DNA of 13,481 nt from Octopus sinensis (Eukaryota), in assembly GCF_006345805.1 (NCBI RefSeq), contig NW_021826081.1:1-13481 (forward strand). Direction: 5' to 3'. The position numbers and the translations under genes are program-made. Below the pieces are notes generated by a model. That model was not told the DNA's origin. It saw only the letters and a list, made by a program, of their open reading frames with translations, and searched no databases. Below are positions 1 through 9,723 of the stretch, piece by piece (position 1 is the stretch's first letter; the number at the start of each line of letters is the position of its first letter).

Positions 1-409
1 CAAACACCGGTTGCCAAGTGCTGGGGGGTGGGGGTGGCAAACACAAAGATGCGTATACATACGAATACATACTTGCTTATATATACATACATATACACGC
101 ATCTCTCTCTGTTTCTGTCTGTCTCTCTGTCTCTTTGTCTCTCTTTGTCTGTCTGTTTCTCTCTGTCTCCCTCTGTCTCCCTCTCTCCCCCTCTCTCTCG
201 CTCTCTCTCTCGCTCTCTCTCCATCTCTCTAAGTTTATCTATCTGCAGACATATTTAATGAGTATCCACCCAATTTTCGTGACCAAATTCATTCGCAGGT
301 CATTTGTTGGCTCGGAACTATAGGGAAAGTACTTACTCAAGATGCCACGCAGAGGGACTGAACCCGAAATTTCAGGGCTGCAAAGCGAGTTCTAAACCAT
401 ACAGCCACG
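1..409 (-). mobile_element. tRNA-derived SINE, family A, diverged copy running off the left window edge
   Basis: 258-409 aligns with the head of the copy at 10850-11002 (e.g. gccacgcagagggactgaacccg vs gccacgcagtgggactgatcccg; ...acagccacg vs ...agagccacg). 1-47 matches its 3' half (ccggttgccaag...gcaaacaca vs tcggttgtcaag...acaaacaca). The halves are separated by a TA/CA plus CT-rich spacer. Confidence 0.8.
100..231. repeat. Imperfect (CT)n/(CTGT)n microsatellite inside the SINE spacer
   Basis: Visible polypyrimidine dinucleotide run; source of the low-complexity ORFs at 11-323. Confidence 0.9.
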
Positions 410-1255
410 TGTGATTTGTTTTTGTAAATAAGACAGACCAACCAAAACATAGAAAATGAAAGCTACCCAGTTGATGGCTTCCCTCAATTTATCTTATACA
501 TGTGAGGTATATAAGCTGTAATATCAAAACAAGGCAAACGCTGCTTTAATAACCGATGCTCTACTGAGATTTAAAGATCAAAGTTAATATTACATCACGT
601 TGTTAAGCTGTTAAGCTGCTAAACCGATGAATGATATAAAATACATGATTTGACTTTGATTGATTGCCGGCACATGATTATTCAAAATGGCGTATCGACA
701 ACTGATTTCCGGTCGCATTCTTTTATGAATTAACAACTGTCTGGAATCTCTGAGTGTTTGTCTGCGTGTCTGTCTTTATTATATCCGTCTGCTTGGCTCG
801 GGACGCTGTGGAAGACGTCTCGCATTTCACTGAACGCAGACTCGGGTGCGTAGGTGTGACCAACGAAATACAACACCTGTACTAACCTAAGCCACGCGTA
901 TGCGTGTGTGTGTGTGTGAAATAAACGTTTTTATCGTACAGACGATGGAAAAAATTATGATTGTATCTGTGGAGTAGTTTCGATTAATTCGCACCTGACG
1001 AAGTCATATTCTAAAAAGTGCTGTGGCCAAAGGGGGTTCTTTAAAGAAGTTGCTGCGCCCAAACGTCTCACCCCATTAGAGCTGGACATCGAAATACAGC
1101 ATCTCTACTAGAATATTAGTGAAGCCATAATAAATGTAACAAGATAACGCAACTCCACCTCAGCTACGTTGATGGAAACCTGAATTTATAAGTTCGAACT
1201 GTATCCTGGGAAATGCGACATGTATTTTAAACATAACTGTGTCTAAGAATTATCC

Positions 1256-1520
1256 TGAACAAAGCCTTGTGAGTGGATTTGGTAGACGGAAAATGAAAGA
1301 AGCCCGTCGTATATATAAATGTATATGTTTGTGTGTCTGTGTTTGTCCCCCCATCATTGCTTGACAACCAATGTTGTGTTTCCGTCCCCGTAATATAGCG
1401 GCTCGGCAAAAGAGACCGATAGATTGAGTACGAGGCTTACAAAGAATAAGTCCTAGGGTCGATTTGTTCGACTAAAGGCGGTACTCCAGCATGGCCGCAG
1501 TCAAATGACTGAAAAAAAAA
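1256..1520 (+). mobile_element. SINE family A, 5'-truncated copy (tRNA head missing), A-rich end
   Basis: Reverse-complement match to 10287-10890. 1433-1514 vs 10307-10388 is 80/82 identical by manual alignment. Ends ...ctccagcatggccgcagtcaaatgactgaaaaaaaaa. Confidence 0.92.
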
Positions 1521-2211
1521 GTATGTAAAACAGCGAAAGTCAAATCAATGATATTATTTATTCTTTACACGTTCTGGTATATACGAACGCTTAAGAACAA
1601 ATATATTCATCTTGTTTTCATTCTTGTAGTCTTATATGCGCATAATTCATTATCGACATGGCAGACAACACTACGCATCAGTGAATAATTAATTTGCTGA
1701 ATTTTATAAACAGGAATCACCAATCATGTTTAGTTTTAAAGATTAGGGTAACTTTGACTGAAGAGACGCAATTTCTCCGAAACAGCAGCGTCCCACTACA
1801 TCACTAAAACGAGTGTCAAGTTAAAACATATTGCCCGAAAGAAGCTGTTTTCTTGAAGGCGAAATACATCAGCGTTTTGTATATTCGCGTTCAAAGGTGG
1901 AACGTGTGAAGAATGAATTATACAGCCTAAAATACTGCACTGATGAAGAATATGATTATGATGCGACAGTGAAAGTGTCGTTCAGCTTGCTAGAAAAAAC
2001 AAACAAACAAAAGGACAAAGAAAGCAGTCAAATATCTCTTAAGTTTACTCTGTAATTTCCTATGAAAGGAAACGTATGTTAAATAATGTAGTCCTGCAGA
2101 AACTGTGTTTTTTTAAAACACAAAATATAGGTGGGATGGTCAGTGATGGCACGCCTTTGTGTAAAGGTTTGCTTGACTGGGTTTGATGTGGAAGTAAGCA
2201 GCAACATCAAA

Positions 2212-2258
2212 AGAAGATGATAATGATAACGACAACGACGATAATAACGATGACGATA
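2212..2258. repeat. Degenerate GAT/GAC/AAT triplet microsatellite
   Basis: gaagatgataatgataacgacaacgacgataataacgatgacgat. Confidence 0.75.
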
Positions 2259-3013
2259 TTTTGACGAAATGATGAGTATGGATGAAATATTTTATTTACT
2301 CTCAGACTTAGTTTTGAGTTCTTTATTCTAAGTGATCAGACAGGGCTTCCTTTGGACTTACTTGTCACCTTCAGGAATACACACACGCACACACACACAC
2401 ACAACAATTATGAACATATAATAATGGATAACCAATGGCTTAGTGTTCGGACTAATAAAGATTTTTAAAACCCAGCTCGCGAATAGGTAAGAAATAATTC
2501 CACTAAGAAAGAGTATACATTAAGAAAGGCATAGCTCAGGAATGTTATAAAGAAGATGGACAAGCACGACTGTATGAAATTATATGACATTTATAACTGA
2601 TGCGAGCAAAGTGATGTTTGGTGATGAAAAACTACAGACTTCGGTAAGTCTTTACAGCTGTTTCGAAAACTCAGCGATGTGTTGGTGTACAATGTATAAT
2701 TGCATTGAACTTTTAGAAATTATTATTAACAGGTAAGCACGATATGTTAATATGGTCAAGCAGGATGCGTTTTTCTTCAAAGGTAACAAAAGCGTTTCTA
2801 TGGTAACATTTATGTAACATCTTTTATAAATCGTACAAATGATATAATGCCAAATACACGCGCTTGTCCATATTTAATCTCTTTACACGTATGCACGCGT
2901 GCACAAACATAAACAAATAGAGATACACTCATATACATATGCTAAGACAGAGGTGCATCTCCTTGACTGTCTGATTGTCTTTCGGGTGTCATGCTCTTTA
3001 TGTAATATATGCC

Positions 3014-3092
3014 CACACACACACGTACATACACACATACACACACACATATACATATATATATATTTTTATATATATATATTTATATATAT
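3014..3092. repeat. Compound (CA)n/(TA)n microsatellite
   Basis: Directly visible; abuts the SINE head. Confidence 0.9.
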
Positions 3093-3475
3093 GTGGAGGC
3101 GCAATGGCCCAGTGGTTAGGGCAGCGGACTCACGGTCGTAGGATCGCGGTTTCGATTCCCAGACCGGGCGTTGTGAGTGTTTATTGAGCGAAAACACCTA
3201 AAGCTCCACGAGGCTCCGGCAGGGATGGTGGTGATCCCTGCTGTACTCTTTCACCACAACTTTCTCTCACTCTTACTTCCTGTTTCTGTTGTACCTGTAT
3301 TTCAAAGGGCCGGCCTTGTCACTCTCTGTGTCACGCTGAATATCCCCGAGAACTGCGTTAAGGGCACACGTGTCTGGGGAGTGCTCAGCCACTTACACGT
3401 TAATTTCACGAGCAGGCTGTTCCGTTGATCGGATCAACCGGAACCCTCGTCGTCGTAACCGACGCAGTGCTTCCA
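3093..3475 (+). mobile_element. Apparently full-length tRNA-derived SINE, family B (head resembles tRNA-Arg)
   Basis: A box tggcccagtgg at 3105-3115 and B box-like ggtttcgattccc at 3148-3160 with tRNA-like spacing. About 300 nt of non-tRNA body follows, with a 3' stem-loop at 3420-3443. Inserted in (TA)n. Octopus tRNA-derived SINEs (OK/OR1/OR2, Ohshima and Okada) are established; the exact family name is not assigned. Confidence 0.88.
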
Positions 3476-3477
3476 CA

Positions 3478-3802
3478 TTATATATATATATATGTATATA
3501 TACAAGCACACACATATATTCGTGCATATATACATATACGCATACATATGTGTGTATATAAATGCATATGTGTTTGTACGTTTGTATGTTTGTATTTGTG
3601 TATATATAAATATATATGCACATTGTCTTACATACGCATAGATATGCATACATATATACACACATCATATATATCTACAGGTGTACAAGAATATACATAC
3701 ACATATACATACGTGCACATAAAAATAAGTATATACATTTGTATATATATGTATATGTATACACACGGACCCACTCGTGTGTCACAATATCTTCACCTGT
3801 CT

Positions 3803-3840
<38 letters not shown>

Positions 3841-3918
3841 TTCCAATGCTATTTCTATAATTGAAGTAATAACTTGTAGAACCGGAACTTTATTAAGCAT
3901 AAAAGAAATGCATTGTTT

Positions 3919-3952
<34 letters not shown>

Positions 3953-3970
3953 TGTATGTATGTATGTATG

Positions 3971-4001
<31 letters not shown>

Positions 4002-4040
4002 TGTATGTATGCATGTCCGCAGCTCTGAGATGAAACAATA

Positions 4041-4118
<78 letters not shown>

Positions 4119-4247
4119 GCTATTATGTATGTATGTATCTATGTGTCTATGAACGCACGTATGTTGTATGAGTGCGTATATATATGTATATATATATATA
4201 TACACATACATACACAAATACATATATACATATAAATATGCATACAG

Positions 4248-4318
<71 letters not shown>

Positions 4319-4616
4319 CATACACATGCATATAGTTATACAAGGCTAGAATTTTTTATTCATATATGATTCTCCCTTCTACTCTGTGTGTGCGCGTGTA
4401 TATATATATGCAAGCACACAAACATACACTCACATACACACACACTCATTCACAGACACACACACACAGATGCATACAGAAAGTATGTTTGGGCGTGTGT
4501 CGTGTATACACACACATATATACACATGTATGTATTTATATATATATATATATATACTTCGGTATATATATGTATATATATATATACACACATGTATGTA
4601 TATATATATATATATG
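3478..4616. repeat. Large compound microsatellite block: degenerate TA/CA, (CA)n 3807-3837, (TATG)n about 3923-4011, (TA)n 4040-4105, (CA)n about 4250-4287
   Basis: Directly visible; all ORFs here are Y/I/H/T/C/V/M low-complexity translations. Confidence 0.95.
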
Positions 4617-5062
4617 AACCTTTGTAAACATGTATATATGACGTTTTATTGCCTCTTGAACGTATACGACGATTCTCTCTTTCTCTCTTTCCCTCTTACT
4701 CTCCCCCTTTCTCTATATCGCTGCGAGTATCCATGTATATAGCTGTGATATATGCGTGAGCCTAGTTTTTGAGACCGGAGGTGACAAGATGACCCAAGGT
4801 GTGGGTTGCATATAGCGTGCGCTCAAAGCGTGCCTATGTGCTATAACTGTGTCTGCGTCTATGGCTCTGTAATCGTATATGCGTATTTGTATGTGTGTCT
4901 CTTACCTGACCTTGCTTGTTAGCTGTGTGTGTGCGTGTGTCAGGTGTTATGTGTCAAGGTGGATTTCTTGAAACCAAAAGAAAGCTTCCTTTGTTCTCCA
5001 CTCTGTCTCTGCCGTCTTAGCTCTCTGTTGAACCATTTATTGAATTGATTCGTATCCAAAAG

Positions 5063-5250
5063 TGTATGTGTGTATGTATGTGTGTGCGCATGTATTTGTG
5101 AATGTGCATATGTCCGTCTTTGCGTGTGTATCTATGCATGTGTGTATATACATGTACATATATTTGGGTGTTTGTGTATGCGTTTTTACATGTATAATAT
5201 ATATATATATATATATATAGATATATATATATATATATATAGATATATAT

Positions 5251-5283
<33 letters not shown>

Positions 5284-5289
5284 TATATA

Positions 5290-5323
<34 letters not shown>

Positions 5324-5471
5324 TGTATATAAATAATATATGTAATATATATGTATATATATTGTATATATATATATTATATATATATATGTATTTGTAA
5401 AAAAGAAGTTTGAAAACGCCACTATATTAGATAAATTTTAAATTTCTTATGAATATATTATATATATATGC

Positions 5472-5538
<67 letters not shown>

Positions 5539-5771
5539 TATCTATCTATCTGTCTGCTTGTCTGTCTATCTATCTATCAATCTATCTTTATATATATACA
5601 TACATACATATATGTTTGCAAAGTATGTATGAATACGCATATATGAATGTTATATGTATACATATGTAGTTTATGTCTTTACATCCATATTCATCTGCAT
5701 TTATGTATACTTTTAACTACCTCTATAGAGCTGTAAAATTTTGTTCTTATTATATACGAACATTATATATA

Positions 5772-5821
<50 letters not shown>

Positions 5822-5827
5822 ATAGAA

Positions 5828-5866
<39 letters not shown>

Positions 5867-5909
5867 TGAATGTATACAAGCACATATTTATATACATGTA
5901 TATACACTT

Positions 5910-5978
<69 letters not shown>
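5063..5978. repeat. Compound microsatellite block: (TA)n, (CTAT)n about 5538-5585, (CA)11(TA)8(TG)15 at 5911-5978
   Basis: Directly visible, with short unique interruptions. Confidence 0.93.
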
Positions 5979-5980
<2 letters not shown>

Positions 5981-6200
5981 AAAGAGGTTATGAGAGTTTA
6001 TAGTGTCAATAAGACCCAAAGGTGTCAAGTAATGCTGAGTAAGTGTAATGGACAGACTATAGTTAAGCTCCAGGTTCGGTGATTATGCGAACGAGGAGTC
6101 CAACTTAGGTCACATATCAGCATGTGTATATAATAAAAAAAAAATTCAGAATGAGATATAAATCCTAGGCTGTGAGAGATTTTAGAACATTTATAAATAG

Positions 6201-6248
6201 GTTTTACAGCTGTTTCCGGGATATTTTATATATTCCTTCATCGGAGAC
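6201..6248 (-). ncRNA. Degenerate type I minimal hammerhead ribozyme motif of Penelope-like-element type
   Basis: Minus strand: gtct-CCGATGA-a-ggaatat-ataaa-atatccc-g-GAAA-cagctg-TA-aaac. Core CUGAUGA carries U4>C, stem II pairs 6/7, stem III is the palindrome ACAGCUGU, cleavage site UA, stem I pairs 3/4. Confidence 0.65.
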
Positions 6249-6313
6249 GGTGTGAGAAAATGGTTAAGCAATAGTTAATTTAGATAAGATATGAAATAGA
6301 GAAAGAATTAGAT

Positions 6314-6386
6314 GAATGAAAATAGACGTGAGATATGCAAGGATATTGCATCTATATTCCTGCATATCTCACGTCTTTTTTCATTC
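6314..6386. other. Near-perfect inverted repeat / 73-nt hairpin
   Basis: Left arm 6314-6343 gaatgaaaatagacgtgagatatgcaagga; right arm 6358-6386 reverse-complemented is gaatgaaaaaagacgtgagatatgcagga: one mismatch and one bulged base. Confidence 0.9.
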
Positions 6387-7134
6387 CTCCACTTGACTCT
6401 GTATTTCAGATCTTATCTAAAATACTCACAGATTCTTCTTGTTGCTACGAAGAATAATGTCACTACTTTTACGTTTTTTGTGGAAATAAGGGAACTATGT
6501 AGTGAGTTTCTTCTTTTGTTCAACCTTCATCACAGAAAGAATGTGCGTCTTCTATTCACAAAGAGATGAATAGTTTATCGTTATTTAGAGAATAACATAC
6601 ACTATTTATAGTGTATACAAACCCAGATAGAGCTGAACTTGTTTGTTTAATTTGCGCAGCAACACATCATCTACCGACGTGTACTAGGTCTAACGCTGCT
6701 AATCTCACTGATGATTAGCATTCCTTCAATTGAAGAAGGACGTTGAAGACCAGAAACTGATCAGATCCATGACATTTTTCCTTTCAAAAGACGAATAAAG
6801 TACACCGGCTATAATGATCACGGACAGAGAAAACCGCTAAGTCAGTTGCTCGGCACACGTTAACGATTAGTGAAAATAAATAAAGAAAAGAAAATAACTA
6901 TACCGAACTAATGTTCATTTTGAAATTACTTCATCGCGGTTATTGTTTTAAATTTCCATCTGTAATATTTGGAGCGCTTGTATACGCGATTAACTGCCTC
7001 AGTGTCGGTCTTGAGAAGTTGGGCTACATCCTTCCAGAAAGAACACGCCTGATGAGGATATTTCAGCTACAAGTCATCAAAGCACTGATAAAATATGTAA
7101 AACATTCGATAATTTTAGTAAGTAAAATGGTAAA

Positions 7135-7443
7135 CATGAACGACCATGGGATTGCACCTAGAAAGGTACCCCCTGAGGTACGAGTCCGGGCAATGTTTAT
7201 GGAAGACCATCAGTCGTCCATTCATACCAGCCTCCCCTCTCCCCACCACTGATGTTATCCAAGGGAAAGGCAAAGGCCGATACAGCTTGGCACCAGTGAT
7301 ATCGCAACTCGCTTCTACAGCTGAGTTAACTGGAGCAACGTGAAAAAACGTGTCTTGCTCAAGTACACAACGGTCTAGGAATCGAATTCACTACCTCATG
7401 ATTGCAAGCCCAACGCTCTAACCATTGCGCCATGAGTCTTCAC
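7135..7443 (-). mobile_element. tRNA-derived SINE, family C, with a CORE-like segment after the head
   Basis: Minus strand A box tggcgcaatgg (7432-7422) and B box gaattcgattcc (7389-7378). These are followed by gtgtacttgagcaagacac, resembling the start of the CORE-SINE domain, and about 200 nt of body. The 3' boundary is approximate. Confidence 0.8.
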
Positions 7444-7457
7444 AAAAGAGGATCACG

Positions 7458-7512
7458 TTCCCATACCAGTAATCGAACCCGAGCCGCCTGGGTGAAAGCC
7501 AGGACACCTAGC
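7458..7512 (-). pseudogene. tRNA-Glu-TTC: 5'-truncated tRNA-Glu (anticodon TTC) pseudogene
   Basis: Minus strand gctaggtgtcctggctttcacccaggcggctcgggttcgattactggtatgggaa. Perfect anticodon stem cctgg/ccagg with loop ct-TTC-ac (anticodon 7496-7494), GTTCGATT T-loop, and 3' tatgggaa typical of invertebrate tRNA-Glu. The 5' acceptor strand and A box are absent, the T-stem is damaged, there is no CCA, and TTTT lies at 7447-7444. Confidence 0.88.
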
Positions 7513-8523
7513 TACAAAACGTAATTACTGTATATACGCATGTTTAGACATTGAAACATGTTTATGAACACGTTCATGAGTCAAAGCATACCGACCTTCA
7601 TACGTCTGAACGTCCATGCCCGCGTCCGTGTATGCAAGTGCACATACATGTATGTATGCATACTTACACATAGTGACCCTAATCTCCTCACTTCTCATTT
7701 ACTACAATACCAGATTCTATTAACCGGCGGACGACACCGTTATAGCCCTGACGGTGCCCTTGTGTTTCCCCTTCTCATATGCTACAACACAAGAATATGA
7801 GCTGATGTATCAGTATTTGGTTTTGCGTTTTCGCTTTGTTCTCTGTTCTAAAGTTGATATGTGCAGTGCCATATTACCCTGCTCTTACAATAAAAGGTAT
7901 TTCACTTAATGTATCTGCCAATAAATTTTTGTTCGCTTCAGAAGACAGGTATGAGTTACTTTATTTTCTTTTACAGACTTCCATAATTGATTGTGGAATG
8001 ATGGTCTCTGTTCGACGTAAAATGCCTCCAAGCTTTCGATCTTTCAGAAAAATATTTCCTATCGAGTTTTTCTCTTCAAAATAACATTAGCAAAGAAACA
8101 AATAAAGAATAAGAAAAACGAGAACTAGCTGTTCGTTTTTACACTCAAAATTTTACGTCATGAAAATTGTTATAGTTTTTGTCGTTGACAAGATTTCCAT
8201 TTGGTGAAGTTTAAACGTCGGGTTTACTTCTTAGTTCGTAAATGATAGTTTGAGTTGCAATTAAAATACAAAACTGTTTCTTGTTTAATCTGTGTGTGTG
8301 AAATATTTTTTATAATCTTATACATTTTCAGTTTTCTTTTGCGGCTGTGACCTGAAATACTCATGGCTATTATTTTTGTCGTTGATATGAGAAGAAAAAT
8401 ATGTTTTGTCTAGCAGTAAGCTTTAGTCATCTGCAAGGAAAGACTCCAGAGTATGGAAAGTTTTCTCGTAAAGTCCTTGTTTCGGAAAGCGACCAGTAAA
8501 TAGCACCTTCTTTGTTAGCAGTG

Positions 8524-8790
8524 AATAATAATAATAATGATAATAATAATAATATAATAATAATAATAATAATAATAATATAATAATAATAATAATGATA
8601 ATAATAATAATAATAATATGATAATAATAATATAATAATAATAATAATATAATAATAATAATAATAATAATGATTATAATAATAATAAATAATAATAATA
8701 ATAATGATAATAATAATAATAATAATTAATAATGATAATAATAATAATAATAATAATGATAATAATAATAATAATAATAATAATATAATA

Positions 8791-8828
<38 letters not shown>

Positions 8829-8842
8829 GTAATAATAATAAA
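8524..8842. repeat. Long (AAT)n microsatellite with GAT and AATAT interruptions
   Basis: Directly visible, about 319 bp. Confidence 0.97.
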
Positions 8843-9385
8843 TGCCTGAATGCAGTACCAGGCAGTGGCTCTCATGGCTTCTGGTCTTAACTGATTGGAA
8901 GTGTTATCATGTACGTTGTTTTGTCTTGCTATAAAAGATGGGCTACAGTAAATATTCTGCTCAATACCACAGATTTGCTTGTCAGTTGTTTGACCTTAAC
9001 CAGATGAGCATGTCCCTTAGTGGTTGACGATATGTGCATCTCTGACCACGAGCAGAAGTAGTGGGGGAGCATCATAGCCGTGTGTTGAAAGGAATTCTTG
9101 GAGGTTTGGAAAATTCCCTTTGGAAACATGGGTGTTTCGTTCAGCATCTTTAAACACCCTTATTCAGGGACCTTTTAAGTGGGATGGACTACTCGACCTG
9201 AAGAAAATTCTAACTGGGCCCCACCTGCCCAGCAAGGTTATGCACCGTTTATCTTGATATGAGATCACCACGTCGCACATATATGGTTGGGATGCACGTG
9301 CTTGGTGTACCCTTATCAGACGGGTAGTCATGATGGGTATATTGGGCTTCGTATATTTTAACCCAGTGTCACTTTAATGGCGCTC
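8843..9385. mobile_element. 543-bp non-coding interspersed element embedded in (AAT)n; class uncertain
   Basis: Complex, higher-GC block with sharp boundaries and (AAT)n on both sides. No TIR, tRNA head or recognisable ORF. It resembles a repeat I recall from octopus DNA (unverified). Confidence 0.6.
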
Positions 9386-9431
<46 letters not shown>

Positions 9432-9513
9432 TAATAATAATAATAAAACAATAACAACAAACCACACAACAACAACAACAACAACAACTACAACAACAGC
9501 AGTAATAATAACA
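9386..9513. repeat. (AAT)n grading into (AAC)n
   Basis: Directly visible. Confidence 0.95.
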
Positions 9514-9618
9514 AATGAATAAATAAATTGTTTATGATTCTTAAGGAAAGAGAGTTTCCGAAACAAAAAAATAAAAATTTATCGTCACTTCTTCCTATGC
9601 CTACGCCCCCGCCTCTGC

Positions 9619-9723
9619 CTTCTTCTTCTTCTTCTTCTTCTTCTTCTTCTTCTTCTTCTTCTTCTTCTTCTTCTTCTTCTTCTTCTTCTTCTTCTTCTTC
9701 TTCTTCTTCTTCTTCTTCTTCTT
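9619..9723. repeat. Perfect (CTT)35 microsatellite
   Basis: 105 uninterrupted bases; source of the poly-E and poly-S ORFs. Confidence 0.97.

Noticed and set aside
1831-2055. 74-aa non-repetitive ORF (MPERSCFLEGE...)
   Set aside because: Non-ATG start, no recognisable homology; length is compatible with chance.
2520-2700. Broken reading frames (KGIAQECYKEDGQARLYEII*, MTFITDASKVMFGDEKLQTS) with a GTAAGT donor
   Set aside because: Interrupted by stops, and no family could be assigned with confidence.
3091-3478. 7-bp inverted repeat atgtgga/tccacat bracketing the SINE
   Set aside because: Short, partly TA-flank derived; Pol III boxes and the tail indicate a SINE, not a MITE.
6697-6766. 8-bp hairpin tgctaatc/gattagca with TGATGA (6709-6714) and CTGA (6757-6760), suggesting a C/D snoRNA or hammerhead
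   Set aside because: The C-D distance is short, there is no identifiable rRNA guide, the terminal stem is weak, and hammerhead stem II does not pair.
6926-7066. 46-aa minus-strand frame LKYPHQACSFWKDVAQLLKTDTEAVNRVYKRSKYYRWKFKTITAMK after an AG, faintly Myb/MADF-like (W..VA..L)
   Set aside because: Too short, with only a generic motif, an in-frame stop just upstream and no partner exon; would need tBLASTn, HMM or RNA-seq support.
7836-8084. 82-aa ORF with splice-like signals (acceptor 7940-7941, donor 7949, acceptor 7975-7976)
   Set aside because: The implied 7-nt exon and 28-nt intron are implausible together, and the protein is unrecognisable.
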